DNA from: the human T2T-CHM13v2.0 reference genome, Homo sapiens
Assembly (NCBI RefSeq): GCF_009914755.1
Contig: NC_060927.1
DNA: 64,000 nucleotides
Strand: one strand, 5' to 3'
In this document: positions 40,266 through 54,129 of the stretch, one piece after another
Layout of the letters: every line of letters begins with the position of its first letter
How positions within the stretch are numbered: the stretch's first letter is position 1
Notes under the pieces: model-generated
What the model was told of the DNA's origin: nothing
The model's database searches: none
What the model saw: only the letters and a program-made list of their open reading frames with translations
Program-made: the position numbers and the translations under genes

Positions 40266-40667
40266 CTATATTCAACTACCAAGTTATAGAAAGTACAGGG
40301 GCTCAAGGAACAGCTTAAACTTTACCATGAATATTCAATCAGCAAAATTTAGGCTGTGGGACAATCTATAAGACAAATGCCTGGATGTCTTTAATAAATA
40401 CCTTACGAAGTTAAAACAAAAAAGATGGAGAGAAAACTATTGCTTTTAAAAGGCTTGAGATAAATTAACCAATGACAATTAAATGAACCCACACACTCCC
40501 AGCCTCCCAGGGACCTCTCTCCATAAGCCATCCTCTATCTCTCTCTTACTTTCAAGTTCTCTCTCCAATTAGATCCTTTCCATCAGCAATTAAAATGCTC
40601 AAAGCTTTTCGATCTTTAAAAAGCACTCTTCACCACATCTCATCCTGACATCTTATTAGTTGCTAGG

Positions 40668-41084
40668 TTTCTTAGTCTGTTTTCTGTCCCTTTTAACAGA
40701 ATATCTGAAACTAGATAATTTGCAAAGAAATGGAATTTATTTCTTGCAATTCTGGAGGCCTGGGGATACGAGGTTAAGAGGTACATCTCGTGAAGGTGTT
40801 TCTGCTGGTGAAGACTCTCTGTTGTGTCCTGAAGTAGCACAGAGCATCACATGGTGAGAGGATTGAGCATTATAATATGCTCACTCAGGTTTTTTCTCTT
40901 ATTACAAAGCCACCAGTTCCCCTCCCATAATAACCCATTTGTCTATTAACCCATTAATCTATTAATCCATTAATGGATTAATCTATTTATGATCCAATAC
41001 CTGTTAAGGGCTCCACTTCTCAGTACTGCCACATTGGAGATTAAGTTTCAACATGAGTTTTGGAGGGGACATTCAAACCGTAGC
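40668..41084 (-). mobile_element. MST-type MaLR solo LTR within L2 sequence
   Basis: tcttagtctgttttctg...gagcatcacatggtgagagg...tttcaacatgagttttggaggggacattcaaaccgtagca. Confidence 0.85.
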
Positions 41085-41150
41085 ACTACATCTCGGCATC
41101 TCTTTCATGCGAATGTCTCTTAATCTCCATCTTTACTGCACTTCACTTAG

Positions 41151-41245
41151 TTTGGACTGCTATGGTTTTTACCTGAATATATAGTTTCTATACAGATTTG
41201 GACTGCTATAGTTTTTACCTGAATATGTAGTTTCTATACAGATTT
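41151..41245. repeat. 46-bp tandem duplication (2 mismatches)
   Basis: (tttggactgctatrgtttttacctgaatatrtagtttctatacaga)x2. Confidence 0.93.
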
Positions 41246-41267
41246 CCTGTCTTTTGGTCTTGCTCCC

Positions 41268-41563
41268 TGCTATGAGCTGAAGAGTGTCCCCTCAAAATTC
41301 ATATGTTGAAACCCTAACCACTAAAAAGATGGTATTTAAAAGTAGGGCCTTTGAGAGGTAATTGGGTTTAGATGAGGTAATGGGATTAGTACCCTTATAA
41401 GAAGAGCAAGAGAGACCAGAATTTGCTCTTTCTCTCTTCATCATCCAAGGACACAGCAAGAAGTCCACCATCTGCAATCCAGGAAGAAAGCTCTTACCAG
41501 GAACTGAATCAGTAGGCACCTTGCTCTTGAACTCAGCCTTCAGAACTATGAGAAATAAATGTC
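41268..41563 (+). mobile_element. MLT1A-like LTR, 3'-truncated
   Basis: tgctatgagctgaa...aaaattcatatgttgaaaccctaacc...cagaactatgagaaataaatgtc. Confidence 0.85.
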
Positions 41564-42499
41564 GGTCGATCATAGTCTCTCCTACATTAAACACTTCATT
41601 GACTTTCCACTCTCACAAAAATAAAAAAAAAACAACCAATTTAAATTCTTTTGCCTAGTATACTCCTATTGTGGCCTAGATGAGCTCTCCAACCACTGGC
41701 ACTCATGCCAATTGCCTTCCTAATATTTCATATTCGGTCTCACTCCTGACCTTTACATCTACTCATTACCCAAGACTCCCAACTTTAACTCATTCTTCAG
41801 CTCTCAATTTAAATGTCACCTCCTCTACAAGATTGTTCTGCCTTCACCACCCAAAACTGTCCTCCCAAAATGCTTTGTGTTTACTAATTCAAGGCATGTT
41901 CACAATCTATTAAAATAAACTATCTCAGAGGAGAATCATGCAGTATTTAATCTAAATGAATTAAACACATTGACATTTCATAAAACAAGCAAGCTGATAA
42001 GCAAACAGTCTCCATCCCTCCCTCAACAAAACCAGAAATTCAAAAAAGTAAATTATTATTTGTATAACCTACCCTTTAATTGGTAGAGAACTATTTTATC
42101 TGGTGGGTAATTGTTATGTTTCAATGCTAAGAAAAGACAAAACAAACTAAATTAGGCTTACTGATAGTTGGTACAGGATAAACACAATAATGACTGCAAT
42201 AATGACTACTACACTTTAAAAAATAAATTAAGAGGTCTTCAAAGAGATCTATTCAACACTACCTATCATTCCACATCTTTCTTGCTAATGGAATTCTGGT
42301 TAGGAAATCATGAGTTTCACATTGAAATCTCTAACCTTAGACAGCAACTCTTATACATCTAATCCAATTATAATTCTTTTCCCTTTGGAAGAGACTGGTT
42401 TGAGCATGAATATGTGACACAACACTTACCAATAACATGTAAAGAAAGTCTGAGAAGCATTATGGAAATTTCCAGCTCTTGAGAGCAGGTGATAACTCA

Positions 42500-43135
42500 A
42501 ATTTTGGTTCAACACAAAAGCTTTATTCTAGCTTTCTCACTTTCCCCTCTTTCTCATGTATATCTTGTAGGTAACCAATTTCATTAGTTTGCTGACTATG
42601 CTTTCCATGTTTCTTTTTTCCCAAATGAGCAGATGCACGTATATTCTCTTACTTAGTCTTTCTCATACAAATGTAGCAATCATACTTACTCTTTTACACT
42701 TCGCATGCTTTCATTTAATATTTGTAGCAATCACTCTAAATCAGTTCAATGAAGATCTTCCTCTTTGTTTCTTCATAGCTATATGATATGCCATTGTATA
42801 CTATGTATATTATACCATAGTTTATTCAACCACTCTCTTATTTATGTCAGTTAGATCCTTTCTAACATTTTATAATACAAATAATACTGCAACAGATAAA
42901 TTTATACATATATATGTTTTTATTGCTGGAGGGTGTATCTTTAGGGTAAGTTCCTAAAAGTGGTCAAAACATAATGTTTATGTAATTCGGTTAGACATTG
43001 TTAAATTTCCTTCCAGAAAGTTAGTATGTGATTAATTTCGGTCAGCAGTAAATTAGCATACCTAAGCCTTACAAATAATGCATTGTCTTACTTTTTTTTT
43101 TTTTTTGCCATTGTGATGGGTAAAAGATGGAAGGT
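42500..43135 (-). mobile_element. Old L1ME-type 3' fragment (continues at ~50810-50950 beyond the L1MA)
   Basis: ataccatagtttattcaaccactct...tacaaataatactgcaac...ttagacattgttaaatttccttccagaaag. Confidence 0.6.
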
Positions 43136-43149
43136 AAAAAACATTACAG

Positions 43150-46100
43150 AGATGGAGACAGAGCAAGATAACCAAATAGAAGCCTCCACTAATTGTCCTC
43201 CTGACAGGAACACCAGATTTAAAAACATGTACACACAAAAGCACCTTCATTAAAACCAAAAATCAGGTGAGTGATCACAGTACCTAGTATTAATTTTATA
43301 TCACTGAAAGAGGCACAAAAGAGGTTGAAAGACAATCTTAAACCATTGACACCACTGCTCCTCCATTCCTTAGCAGTGGCTGCATGGCACACAGAATTTG
43401 AATTCTTCGGGGAAGGAGAATGCAATGATTATGGGACTTTGCATTGGAACTCAGTGCTGCCCTTCACTGCAGAAAGGAACCCAGGCAAAACTCAGCTGAC
43501 ACGCACACAGAGAGTATTTAAATTAGCCCTAGCCAGAAGGGAAATGTCCATCCCAGTGGTTGGAACTTGAGTTCTCACAAGTCTCACCACCATAGACTAA
43601 AGTGCTCTGGGGCCCTAAATAAACTTAAAGGGCAGTCCAGGCAGCAAGGACTGCACTCTTAGATAAGTCCCGGTACTGTGCTGGGTTTGGAGCCAGTGGA
43701 CTTGGGGCGCTCATGACTTAGGAAGATAACAGCCAGTGGGAGCAAGGGAGTGCTTATGCCACCACTCCCCCAACCCCAGGCAGCACAGCTCCCAGCTCCA
43801 AAAGGGACTCCTTCCTTCTGCTTGAGGACAAAAGGAGGGAGAGTAAAGAAGACTTTGTCTTGCAACTTGAATACAAGCTCAGCCACAGCAGGATAGGGCA
43901 CCAGACAGAGCCATCAGGCCCCCATTCAAGGCCCTAGCTCCTAGATGACATTTCAAGACACACTCTGGGCCAGAAGGGAAGCTGCTGCTATAAAGGGAAG
44001 AACTAGTCTTGGCAGGATGCATTACCTACTGACTAAAGAACCCTTGGGCTCTGATAATCAGCAGCATTAGTGAGGTAGTAGATGCCATGGGTCTTGGGTG
44101 AGATTCTGAGATGTGCTGGCTTCAGATATGACCCAGGAGATTGCCAGCTGTGGTGGCTATGAGGAAAGACTCCTTCTGCTTGAGAAAAACAGAGGAAAAC
44201 ATAGATGGGACTTTGTCTTGCAGCTTAGGCACCAATTCAGCCACTGTAGGGTAGAGCACCAAGGAAGCTCTTGGAGTTCCTGATTCCTGGCCTTGGCTCT
44301 TGGGTGGCATTTCTGGACCTGCCATGGCTAGAAGGAAGTCCACTTCCCTGAAGGGTGAGTTCCAGGCCTGGCAGCACTTACCACTACCTGACTTAAGAGC
44401 TCTTGGGCCTTAAGTGAACATAAACAGTAGCCTGCAGTAATCCCATGGGCCTGTGGTAGTGGTGGCCATGAGGAGAGACTCCTCTGTCTGGGGAAAGAGG
44501 AGAGGATAGTAGAAAGAACATTGTCCTGTGGTTTTGGTGCTAGTTCAGTCACAGTAGAATAGAACACCAGGCAGATTTCTAATTTCCTAACTTTGGGCTC
44601 TGGCTCCCTGATGGTGTCTCTGGACCAGCCTGGGTCTGGGGGAACTTGCTGCCATTAAAGGAAAGACACAAGCCTGGCTGGATTTCCACCTACTGATTGT
44701 AGAGCCTTGGAGCCCTGAGTAAACATAGGCGGTAACCAGATAGGGGTTAGAGCAGGCCTTGGTTGAGAGCCAGTATTGTGCTGGTTTCAGGTCTGACCCA
44801 GCAGTCCTTGTGGTATGACCATGGGGGTGCTTGTGTTACCCCTACCACAGCTCCAGGCTGCTCAGCACAGAGAGAAACTCCCTTTGTTTGGGAGAAAGTA
44901 AGGGATGAGAACAAGTGTCTCTTCATGGCAATCAGAGAATTTTTCCAGATCTTATCGAACACCACCAAAGCAATACCTCTACAAGTCTGAAAGAGTCATA
45001 TCACTACTGGGCTCAGGGTGCCCCCTAATGCAGATCTGGCTATAGTGACCAAAAACTTAGATCACAACACCCAAGTCCCTTCAAATACCTAAAAAGCTTT
45101 CCCAAGAAGGATGAGGAAAAGAAGTCCAGACTGTGAAGACAACAATAGATACCTAATTCTTCAATGCCCAGACACCAATTAAATCCACAAACATCAAGAC
45201 TATTCAGGAAAACATGGCCTCACCAAACTAAATAAGGCACTAGAGACCAATGCTGGTGACCCAGAATATGTGACCTTTCAGACAGAGGATTCAAATTAGC
45301 TGTTTTGAGGAAGCTCAATGAAATTCAAGATAATACAGAGAAGGAATTCAAAATTCTATCGATAAATTTAACACAGAGATTAAAATAATTAAAAATAATC
45401 AAGCAGAAAAATGCAATTCCCATATCGAATAATGCATTAGAGTGTCTTAATAGCAGAATGAATCAAGCAGAAGAAAAAATTAGTGAGCCTAGAGATAGAC
45501 TATTTGAAAATACACAGTCAGAAGAGACAAAAGAAAAAATAAGAAGGGTCTACAAAATCTGTAAAATAGCATCAAAAGGGCAAATCTAAGAGTTATGGCC
45601 TTAAAGAAAAGGTAGAGAAAAAGACAGGGATATAAAGTATATTTAAAAATATAATATCAGAGAAGTTCTCAAACCTAGAGAAAGATATCAATATTCAAGT
45701 ACAAGAAGGTTATAGAACACCAAGCAGATTTAATCCAAAGGAGACTACCTGAAGGCATTTAATAATCAAACTCCCAAAGGTCAAGAATAAAGAAAGGATC
45801 CTAAAGGTAACAAGTGAAAAGAGACAGCATACAAGAGAACTCTAAAACATCTGGCAGCAGGCTTTTCAGTGGAAACCTTACAGGCCAGGAGAGAGTGACA
45901 TGACATATTTAAAATGCTGAAGGAAAAAACTTCTAACCTAGAATAGTACATCCAGTGAAAATATTCTTCAGCCATGAAAGAGAAATAGGCTTGCCCAGGC
46001 AAACAGAAGATGAGGGATTTCATCAATACCTCTGTCCTACAAAAAGTTAAAGGAGTTCTTCAATCTGAAAATACAAAGAATGTTAATGAGCAATAAGAAA

Positions 46101-49100
46101 ACATCTTTATATACAAAACTCACTGGTAGTACTAAGTACATAGAAAAACACAGACAATTATAACACTGTAATTGTGGTGTGTAAACTGCTCATATCTTAA
46201 ACAGAAAAAATAAAAGATGAACCAATAAAAAATAATAACTACAACTTTGCAAGACATAGTCCAATAAGATATAAATAGAAACAACAAAAATTAAAAAGTG
46301 GGGGGTGTCAGGACAAAGTCGAAGTTTAGAGTTTATATTAGTTTTCCCTTTGCTTGTTTGTTAGTTTATGCAATCAGTGTTGTCATCAGCTGAAAATAAT
46401 GGGTTATAAGACATTATTAGCAAGCCTCATGGTAACCTTAAATCAAAAAACATACAATGGATACACAACAAATAAAAAGCAAGACATTAAAACATAATAC
46501 CAGAAAAAAGTCATCTTCACCAAAAGGAAGACAGGAAGAAAAGAAAGAAGGACGAGAAGACCACAAAACAACAAGAAAACAAATAAGAAAATGGGAAGTG
46601 TAAGTCCTTACTTATTAATAATAATGTTTAATGAAAATGGACTTGACCCTTAATAAAAAGACAGAGTGGCTAAATGGATAAAAAGACAAAACCCAATGAT
46701 CTGTTGCCTCTAAGAAAAACACTTCACCTATAAAGACATACATAGACTGAAATTAAAGGTGTGGAAAAAGATATTCCATACAAATGCAAATAGAAACAAT
46801 AAAAGAGCAGAAATAGCTATACTTATATCAGACAAATAGATTTCAAGACAAAAAGTATAAAAATAGACAAAGAAGGCCATTATATAATGATAAAAGTGTC
46901 ATTTCAGCAACAGGATGTAACAATTGTAAATATATATGCACCCAAAACTGGAGCAACCAGATATATAAAGCAAATATTATTAGAACTAATGAGAGAGATA
47001 GACTACAATACAATAATAGCTGGAGATTTCAACACCCCACTTTCAGCAATGGATAGATCGTTCAGACAGAAAATCAACAAAGAAACATCGGACTTAATCT
47101 TCCCTATAGATCAAATGGATTTCATAGATATTTACAGAAAACTCCATTCAATGGCTGAAGAACACACATATTTTTTCCTCAACCCATGGATCATTTACAA
47201 GTGTAGACCATATGTTAGGCCACAAAACACATCTTAAAACAGTCAAAAAATTGAAATCATATCAAGTATCTGACCACATTGGAATAGAACTAGAAGTAAA
47301 TAACAAGAGGAATTTTGGAAACTGTACAAACAGATGGAAATTAAACAATATGCTCCTGAATGACCAGTGGGCCAATGAAGAAATTCAGAGGAAACCTGAA
47401 AATGTTCTTGAAATGATAATGTAAATACAACATACCAAACCCTATGAGATACAACAAAAGCATCACTAAGGATGGAAGTTTATAGCTGTAAGCACCTACA
47501 TCAAAAAAAGAAAAGCTCCACACAAGTAACCTAATGATGCATCTTAAAGAAATAGAAAAGCGAGAACAAACTGAAGCCAAAACTAGAAGAAAAGAAATAA
47601 TAAATATTAGAGCAGAAATAAATGAAACTGAAATGAATAAAATAGTACAAAAGACTAATGAAATGAAAAGTTTTTTTTTGAAAAGATAAAATTGGCAAAA
47701 CTTTAGCTAAACTAAATAAGAAAAAAATATAGAAAACCAAATAAATAAAATCAGGGTTGAAAAGGGTGACATTATACCTGATACCCCAGAAATTCAATGG
47801 ATCATTACAGGTTACTATGAGCAATTATATGCCAATAAATTGGAAGAAATAGATAAGTTCCTATACACATTCAACCTACAGAGGTTGAACCACAAAGAAA
47901 TCCAAAACCTGGACAGACCAATAATAATGAGATTGAAGCCATAATAATAATAAAAAAAAATGTCTCCCAGCAAAGAAAAGCCAGATACCCCATGGTTTCA
48001 CAGCAGAATTTAAATCTTTATTTAAAGAAGAAATAATACCAATTCTACTCAAGCTATTCCAAAAAATAGAGAAGTAGAAAATACTTCCACTCATTCTCTC
48101 AGCCAGTGTTACCCCGATACCAAAAATAAAGACACATCAAAAAAAAGAAAACTACAAGCCATTATCCCTGATGAACACTGATGCAAAAATTCTTAATAAA
48201 ATACTAAAAAATTAAATTCAACAGCCTGTTTTAAAAGATCAGCATGACCAAGTGGGATTTATCTCAGGGATGGAAGGATGATTCGACACAAACAAATCAA
48301 TCATTGTGATGTATCACATCAACAGAATGGACAAAAACCAAATGATAATTTCAATTGGTGCTGAAAAACATTTTAAAACATTTAAAAAACTGGCTTACAG
48401 AAGGAACAGACCTCAACACAATAAAAGCCATACATGACAGACTTATAGCTAGAATTACACTGAATGGGGAAAAAACTGAAAGCCTTTCCTCTAAAATCTG
48501 GAACAAGAAAAGGATGTCTGCTTTTACCACTGTTAGTCAACATACTACTGAAATTCCTAGCTAGAGCAATCAGACAAAGGAAATAAATAAAGGGTATCCA
48601 AATTGGAAAAGAAGTCACATTATCTTTGTTTGCAGATAATACAATCTTATATTTGGAAAATTCTAAAGAGTCCACCAAAAAAACTGTTACAACTAAGAAA
48701 TAAATTCAGTAAAGCTGCAAGATACAAAATCAACATACAAAAATTAGTAGCATCTCTATATGCCAACAGCATGCAATCTGGAAAATAAATCAAGAAAGTA
48801 ATCTCATTTACAATAGCTACAAACTTAAATACCTAGAAATTAGCCTAACCAAGGAAGTGGAATATTTCTACAATTAAAACCATAAAACGCTGAAGCCAGA
48901 AATGAAAAAAGGACACAAAAAAATGGAAATATAGTCCATGTTCATGAATTGGGAGAATCAACATTTTTAAAATCTCCTAACTATACCCGAAGCAATCTAC
49001 AGATTCAATGCAACCCCTACCACATTCTTCACACAATGTGGGTGATGAGATTATTCACAGAGTGAATAATCTATCAATGACACTCTTCACAAAAATATAA

Positions 49101-50800
49101 AAACAATTCTAAAATTTACATGAAATTACAAAAAACCCAGAATAGCCCAAGCCATCCTTTTTAAAAGAACAACACTGAAGGAATCACATTACCTGACTTC
49201 AAGCCATACTACAGCGGTATAGTAACCAAAACAGCATGGTATTGGCATAAAAACAGACACACAGACAAATTGAACAGAATAAAAAACCCAGGAATAAATT
49301 CATACATCTACAGTGTATTTTTTGACATAGGTGCCAAGAGCATACATTAGAAAAAGGACAGTGTCTTCAATAAATGGTGCTGGGAAAACTGGATATCCAT
49401 ATGCAGAAGAATGAAACTAGACATCCATCTCCTGCCACACACAAAAATCAAATAAAAATGGATTAAAGACTTAAATCTAGAACCTCAAACTATGAAACTG
49501 CTAAAAGAAAGCATTGGGGAAAACTCCAGGTCATTGGTCTGGGCAAAGAGTTCTTGAGTAATACCCACAAGCACAGGCAACCAAAGCCAAAATGGATAAA
49601 AGAGATCACATCAAGTTAAGAAGCTTTTGCACTGCAATGGAAACAAACAAGGTGAATTGACTCTCCTTAGAATGGGAGAAAATATTTGCAAACTACCTAT
49701 CTGAGAAGGGACTAATAACCAGAATAAATAAGAAATTCAAACAACTCAATAGGAAAAAAAAAAATCTAATACTGTGATAAAAAAATTGGGCAAAAGATTT
49801 GAATAGACATTTTTCAAAAGAAAACATACAAAGGGCAATCAGGTATATGAAAATGTGCTCAACACCATTAATCATCAGAGAAATGCACATCAAGACTACA
49901 ATAATATATCATCTCACCAGTTAAAATGCTTTCTATACAAATGACAGGCAATAACAAATGCCAGCAAGGATGTGGAGAAAAGGGAATCCTTGTACACTGT
50001 TGCTGGGAATGTCAACTAGTACAACCACTATGGAGAATAGTTTGGAGGTTCTTCAAAAAGTAAAAATATAGCTGCCATGTGGTTCTGCAATCCCATTGCT
50101 AGGTATATCCCCAAAGAAACGAAATCAGTATATCTAAGAGATATCTGCACTTCTATGTTTCTTGCAGCATCATTTACAATAGCCAAGATTTGGAAGCAAA
50201 CTTTGTGTCCATCAACAGATGAATGGATAAAGAAAATGTGGTACATATACACAAAGGAGTACTATTTATTCATGAAAAAGGATGAGATTCTTCATTTGCA
50301 ACAACATGAATGATACTGGAAGTCATTATGTTAAGTGAAATAAGCCAGGTATAGGAAGACAAATTTCACATGTTCTCACTTATTTGTGGGAGCTAAACAT
50401 TAAAACAATTGAGCTCATGAAGATAGAGAGTATAAAGATGGTTACCAGAGGCTTGGAAGAGTAGTAGGGGTTGTGGGGGAAAAGTGGGAATGCCTTAATG
50501 AGTACAAAAGATAGAAAGAACGAATAAGAACTACTATTTGATATTACAACAGGTTGACTATGGTCAATAACTTCATTGTACATTTAAAAATAATTAAGAT
50601 TATTATTGGATTTTTTGTCACACAAAAAAATTAATGCTTGAGGGAACATATACCCCATTTACCCTGATGTGATTATTACATGTTGTATGCCTATATCAAA
50701 ATATCTTAGGTACTCCATAAATATATACACCTACTATGTACCCACAGAAATTAAAAATAAATTTTTTAAAAAATATAAAGAATAAAGACAATTTAAGAAA
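43150..50800 (+). mobile_element. Full-length decayed L1MA (L1MA1-3-like): repeat-containing 5'UTR, ORF1, ORF2, 3'UTR
   Basis: 5' end gagcaagataaccaaatagaagcctcc; ORF1 relic ~45150-46070; ORF2 relics IVNIYAPKTGA/IAGDFNTPLS and DEWIKKMWYIYT; L1MA 3'UTR ccctgatgtgattattac...ctactatgtacccac; TSD-like aaaaaacattacag/aaaaaaatacag. Confidence 0.92.
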
Positions 50801-50976
50801 AAGAAAAAAATACAGTGTAACTTAATTTTTTTCCAATTATGAGTGATGTTGATCACTTCTTTATATTTAAGAGCCATTATTATTATTATTGTGTGACTAT
50901 TCTATTTATATTTGTGCCCATTTTTGTGTTGGAATTTTTGCCTTTTTACAAACATTATACAAATCTAAAAAAGTGT

Positions 50977-51087
50977 ATATTACAAAATATACTGGGCAGC
51001 TATGCAATATAAAATATACAAAATATACTACTATACTAGTATACAAAATATACTATGCAACTATATAAAATAATATAAAATATACTA
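50977..51087. repeat. AT-rich iterated filler at a rearrangement junction
   Basis: Repeated aaaatatact/tatgcaa units. Confidence 0.8.
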
Positions 51088-51457
51088 GAGATTGAAGCCA
51101 AAATAAAAAAGTCTCCCAGCAAAGAAAAGCCAGAGACCCCATGGTTTCATGGCAGAATTTAAATCTTTATTTAAAGAAGAAATAATACCAATTCTACTCA
51201 AGCTATTCCAAAAAATGGAGGAGTAGAAAATACTTCCAAACTCATTCTCTCAGCCAGTATTACCCCGATACCAAAAACAAAGACACATCAAAAAAAGAAA
51301 ACTACAAGCCATTATCCCTTATGAACACTGATGCAAAAACTCTCAAAAACATACTAAAAAAATTAAATTCAACAACCTGTTTAAAAAGATCATCATGACC
51401 AAGTGGGATTTATCTCAGGGATAGAAGGGTGATTCAACACAAACAAATCAATCACTG
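51088..51457 (+). repeat. Local copy of L1MA internal segment 47929-48306
   Basis: About 19 substitutions plus a few indels by manual alignment; shares unusual wording with the donor. Confidence 0.93.
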
Positions 51458-51890
<433 letters not shown>

Positions 51891-52732
51891 ATCATACCAA
51901 CCATAGCCAAACTTCAGGAGTTCCAGTGAGGAGTTCATTCTTCAACAGCTGTCTGATGTTTTACATTGCTAAAGTTACACAATTCAGTTTTCATCCTCAG
52001 TGATATCAAAGAAAGCAACTGGATATTTAAAGTGCTGATTTAAATAGTGATATTTATGTCTGTGTACAGAAATTAGCATTTAAAAATCATATCTTTCTAT
52101 TGAATCATAAGCTTCTTTATTGGATTTAAAAAAAAAAAAACGTAAACTGATTTTTATTGAACATACCAGAGTGCATTTATATTTCTGGGCCTGGCTTTCC
52201 CAGTGAGCAAAGAGAACAAGTTGAACACCAGGGTCACTCCCCGTATTGACATGTTTAAAAGAGCATTAAACTAAGAAAGACTATTAACAAATGACTTGGA
52301 AGGTTATTAGAATTTTTATCCTCTATAATAAAAGTCGATCTTCTCAAGTGTTTATTTTGAGATTCAATTTCAAAGGGTTTTATATAAATAATCTAGAAAG
52401 CCGGTTCGTTTCTTGCTGGAAACATTATTGTTATCACTAGAGGGAGCTGGTTTTACATAAAATTAATGTATGTAGGCCTGTATCTAGAAAAAGACAGAAA
52501 AGCACTTTGTGGTTCATGTTAAGAAAAAGAACAAAATCCTTTTCAAAATATTTTTTCTGCTAATAAATTGTACTTGTCAAGGAATTATAAACTGAAAGTT
52601 TGCTTCAAAATACTGTAATCTCTGTTCCCAAGAGAATTTTTGATACTCTAAATGTGATAGTGGAATAAACATTCTATGGGGGTATCACTTAATTTTCATA
52701 TAGTAGTATTGATGTCTGTAGTCTTTTCATTG

Positions 52733-52793
52733 TTCTTTAAATTTATCCTACTTTAATTTTCTTTAAATTTATCCTACTTTAATTTTCTTTAAA
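52733..52793. repeat. Perfect 26-bp tandem duplication
   Basis: (ttctttaaatttatcctactttaatt)x2 plus a partial unit. Confidence 0.93.
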
Positions 52794-53028
52794 ATGGAAT
52801 TTTGTCATTGTATAGTTTGAACAATATGCTAAGCAGAGTTGCAGAGTACAGAATAAGATTTTGGCTAAATTGTCTATCTATTTAATATAAAAGATATAAA
52901 CATTCTGGTGTTACTTTGAAATGCCTGATTTTCAGTGAGTGCTAAAATGAAAAGAACCATTAAGTATTTGCTTTAACTTAAATACTTTCTTACATGTAAG
53001 TACTATTGTATTGATAACTGTCTCAAAT

Positions 53029-53116
53029 TTATGTAAGTAAATTTACATAAATGTACGTAGGTCACATGCAGAGTAAACTTACGTAAGAACCAGATATTCA
53101 GCCAATAGCCAATAGC
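53029..53116. promoter_or_regulatory. Candidate D-box triplet plus tandem CCAAT
   Basis: TTATGTAA 53029, TTACATAA 53043, TTACGTAA 53079; agccaatagccaatag at ~53100. Confidence 0.3.
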
Positions 53117-54114
53117 TTTGGCTAACTGGGAACTTACTAAATTCACTGTGTTTCCTTGAGACTTTTTATTTGGAACTCTAACTACTAAGTTTTAAAATAG
53201 GGCTAATTCATCTCTCTACGCTTTCTCTGATGCATGGATATCAATGCTTATAAATTATTTATAAATCTCCTTTCAAGTTGAGCAAACCTCTAATTTCAAA
53301 ACAGGATTGAAATTGATAGAACATGTTTGACCAGGTGAATGGAGTTTTAATCGGTAAATTATTTCAGACAGTGAGGAACCGGCCTTTGTTAACTCATTGA
53401 CCCATTTAAACCTCTGCCCACCACACACACACAAATTCTTCTTGCCAAATTCAATGATCTACATCAATTTTTAAAAAATTCAGATTATGCCCTTGCTTGA
53501 TAGCATTTTTATGCTACTAAACGAAAAGATGTTTGGCATTTCTTTTATGTCATAACTTTTCACCTTTAGTCAAGTTTTTAAATTCATAATCTTGAGTAAA
53601 TATCTGTGTAGCTGTTCTTGAATCAACCAAAGAAAAATAAAAATATTACTGTCTAAGTTAACGAATGTTCATTAGTTGCTCATTAATTATAATTGGACCT
53701 ACCAATAATGAAGTAGAAAAAAGGGTAAGGATTTGATTTAAAAGACAGTTGTTTTTCTTTCAAAGAAAGAACCAACTGGAAAACAAAACAAATCTGACGA
53801 TGGCTTTTGTTTCTTACCTATTCTGGTCTCAGTAACCAGTGGTAAACAATGAGGTTTGTTGTTGTGTCTGCTAAGAAGAATATGAACAGATATTACAAGC
53901 CACAGTAAATTGTTCAGTGGGTTTTCTCTGTAGAACTTGTTGATTTGAATCATAATGGGGTTTCAAGCAACTTGATAAACCTTTGTCAAGATTTTTAAGT
54001 GGAAGAAAAAAAATGATGAAATGTACAACTTGTAGAATTTGTTTTTCCTAGTGTGGTCCCAAATGGCGCCATCCTTTCACTCTCCCAGTGTGCTCTAATG
54101 AAGAAGGGACATAG

Positions 54115-54129
54115 AGGTCATTGAGGTCA
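54115..54129 (+). promoter_or_regulatory. Consensus DR3 nuclear-receptor element
   Basis: AGGTCA-ttg-AGGTCA in non-repeat DNA. Confidence 0.4.
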
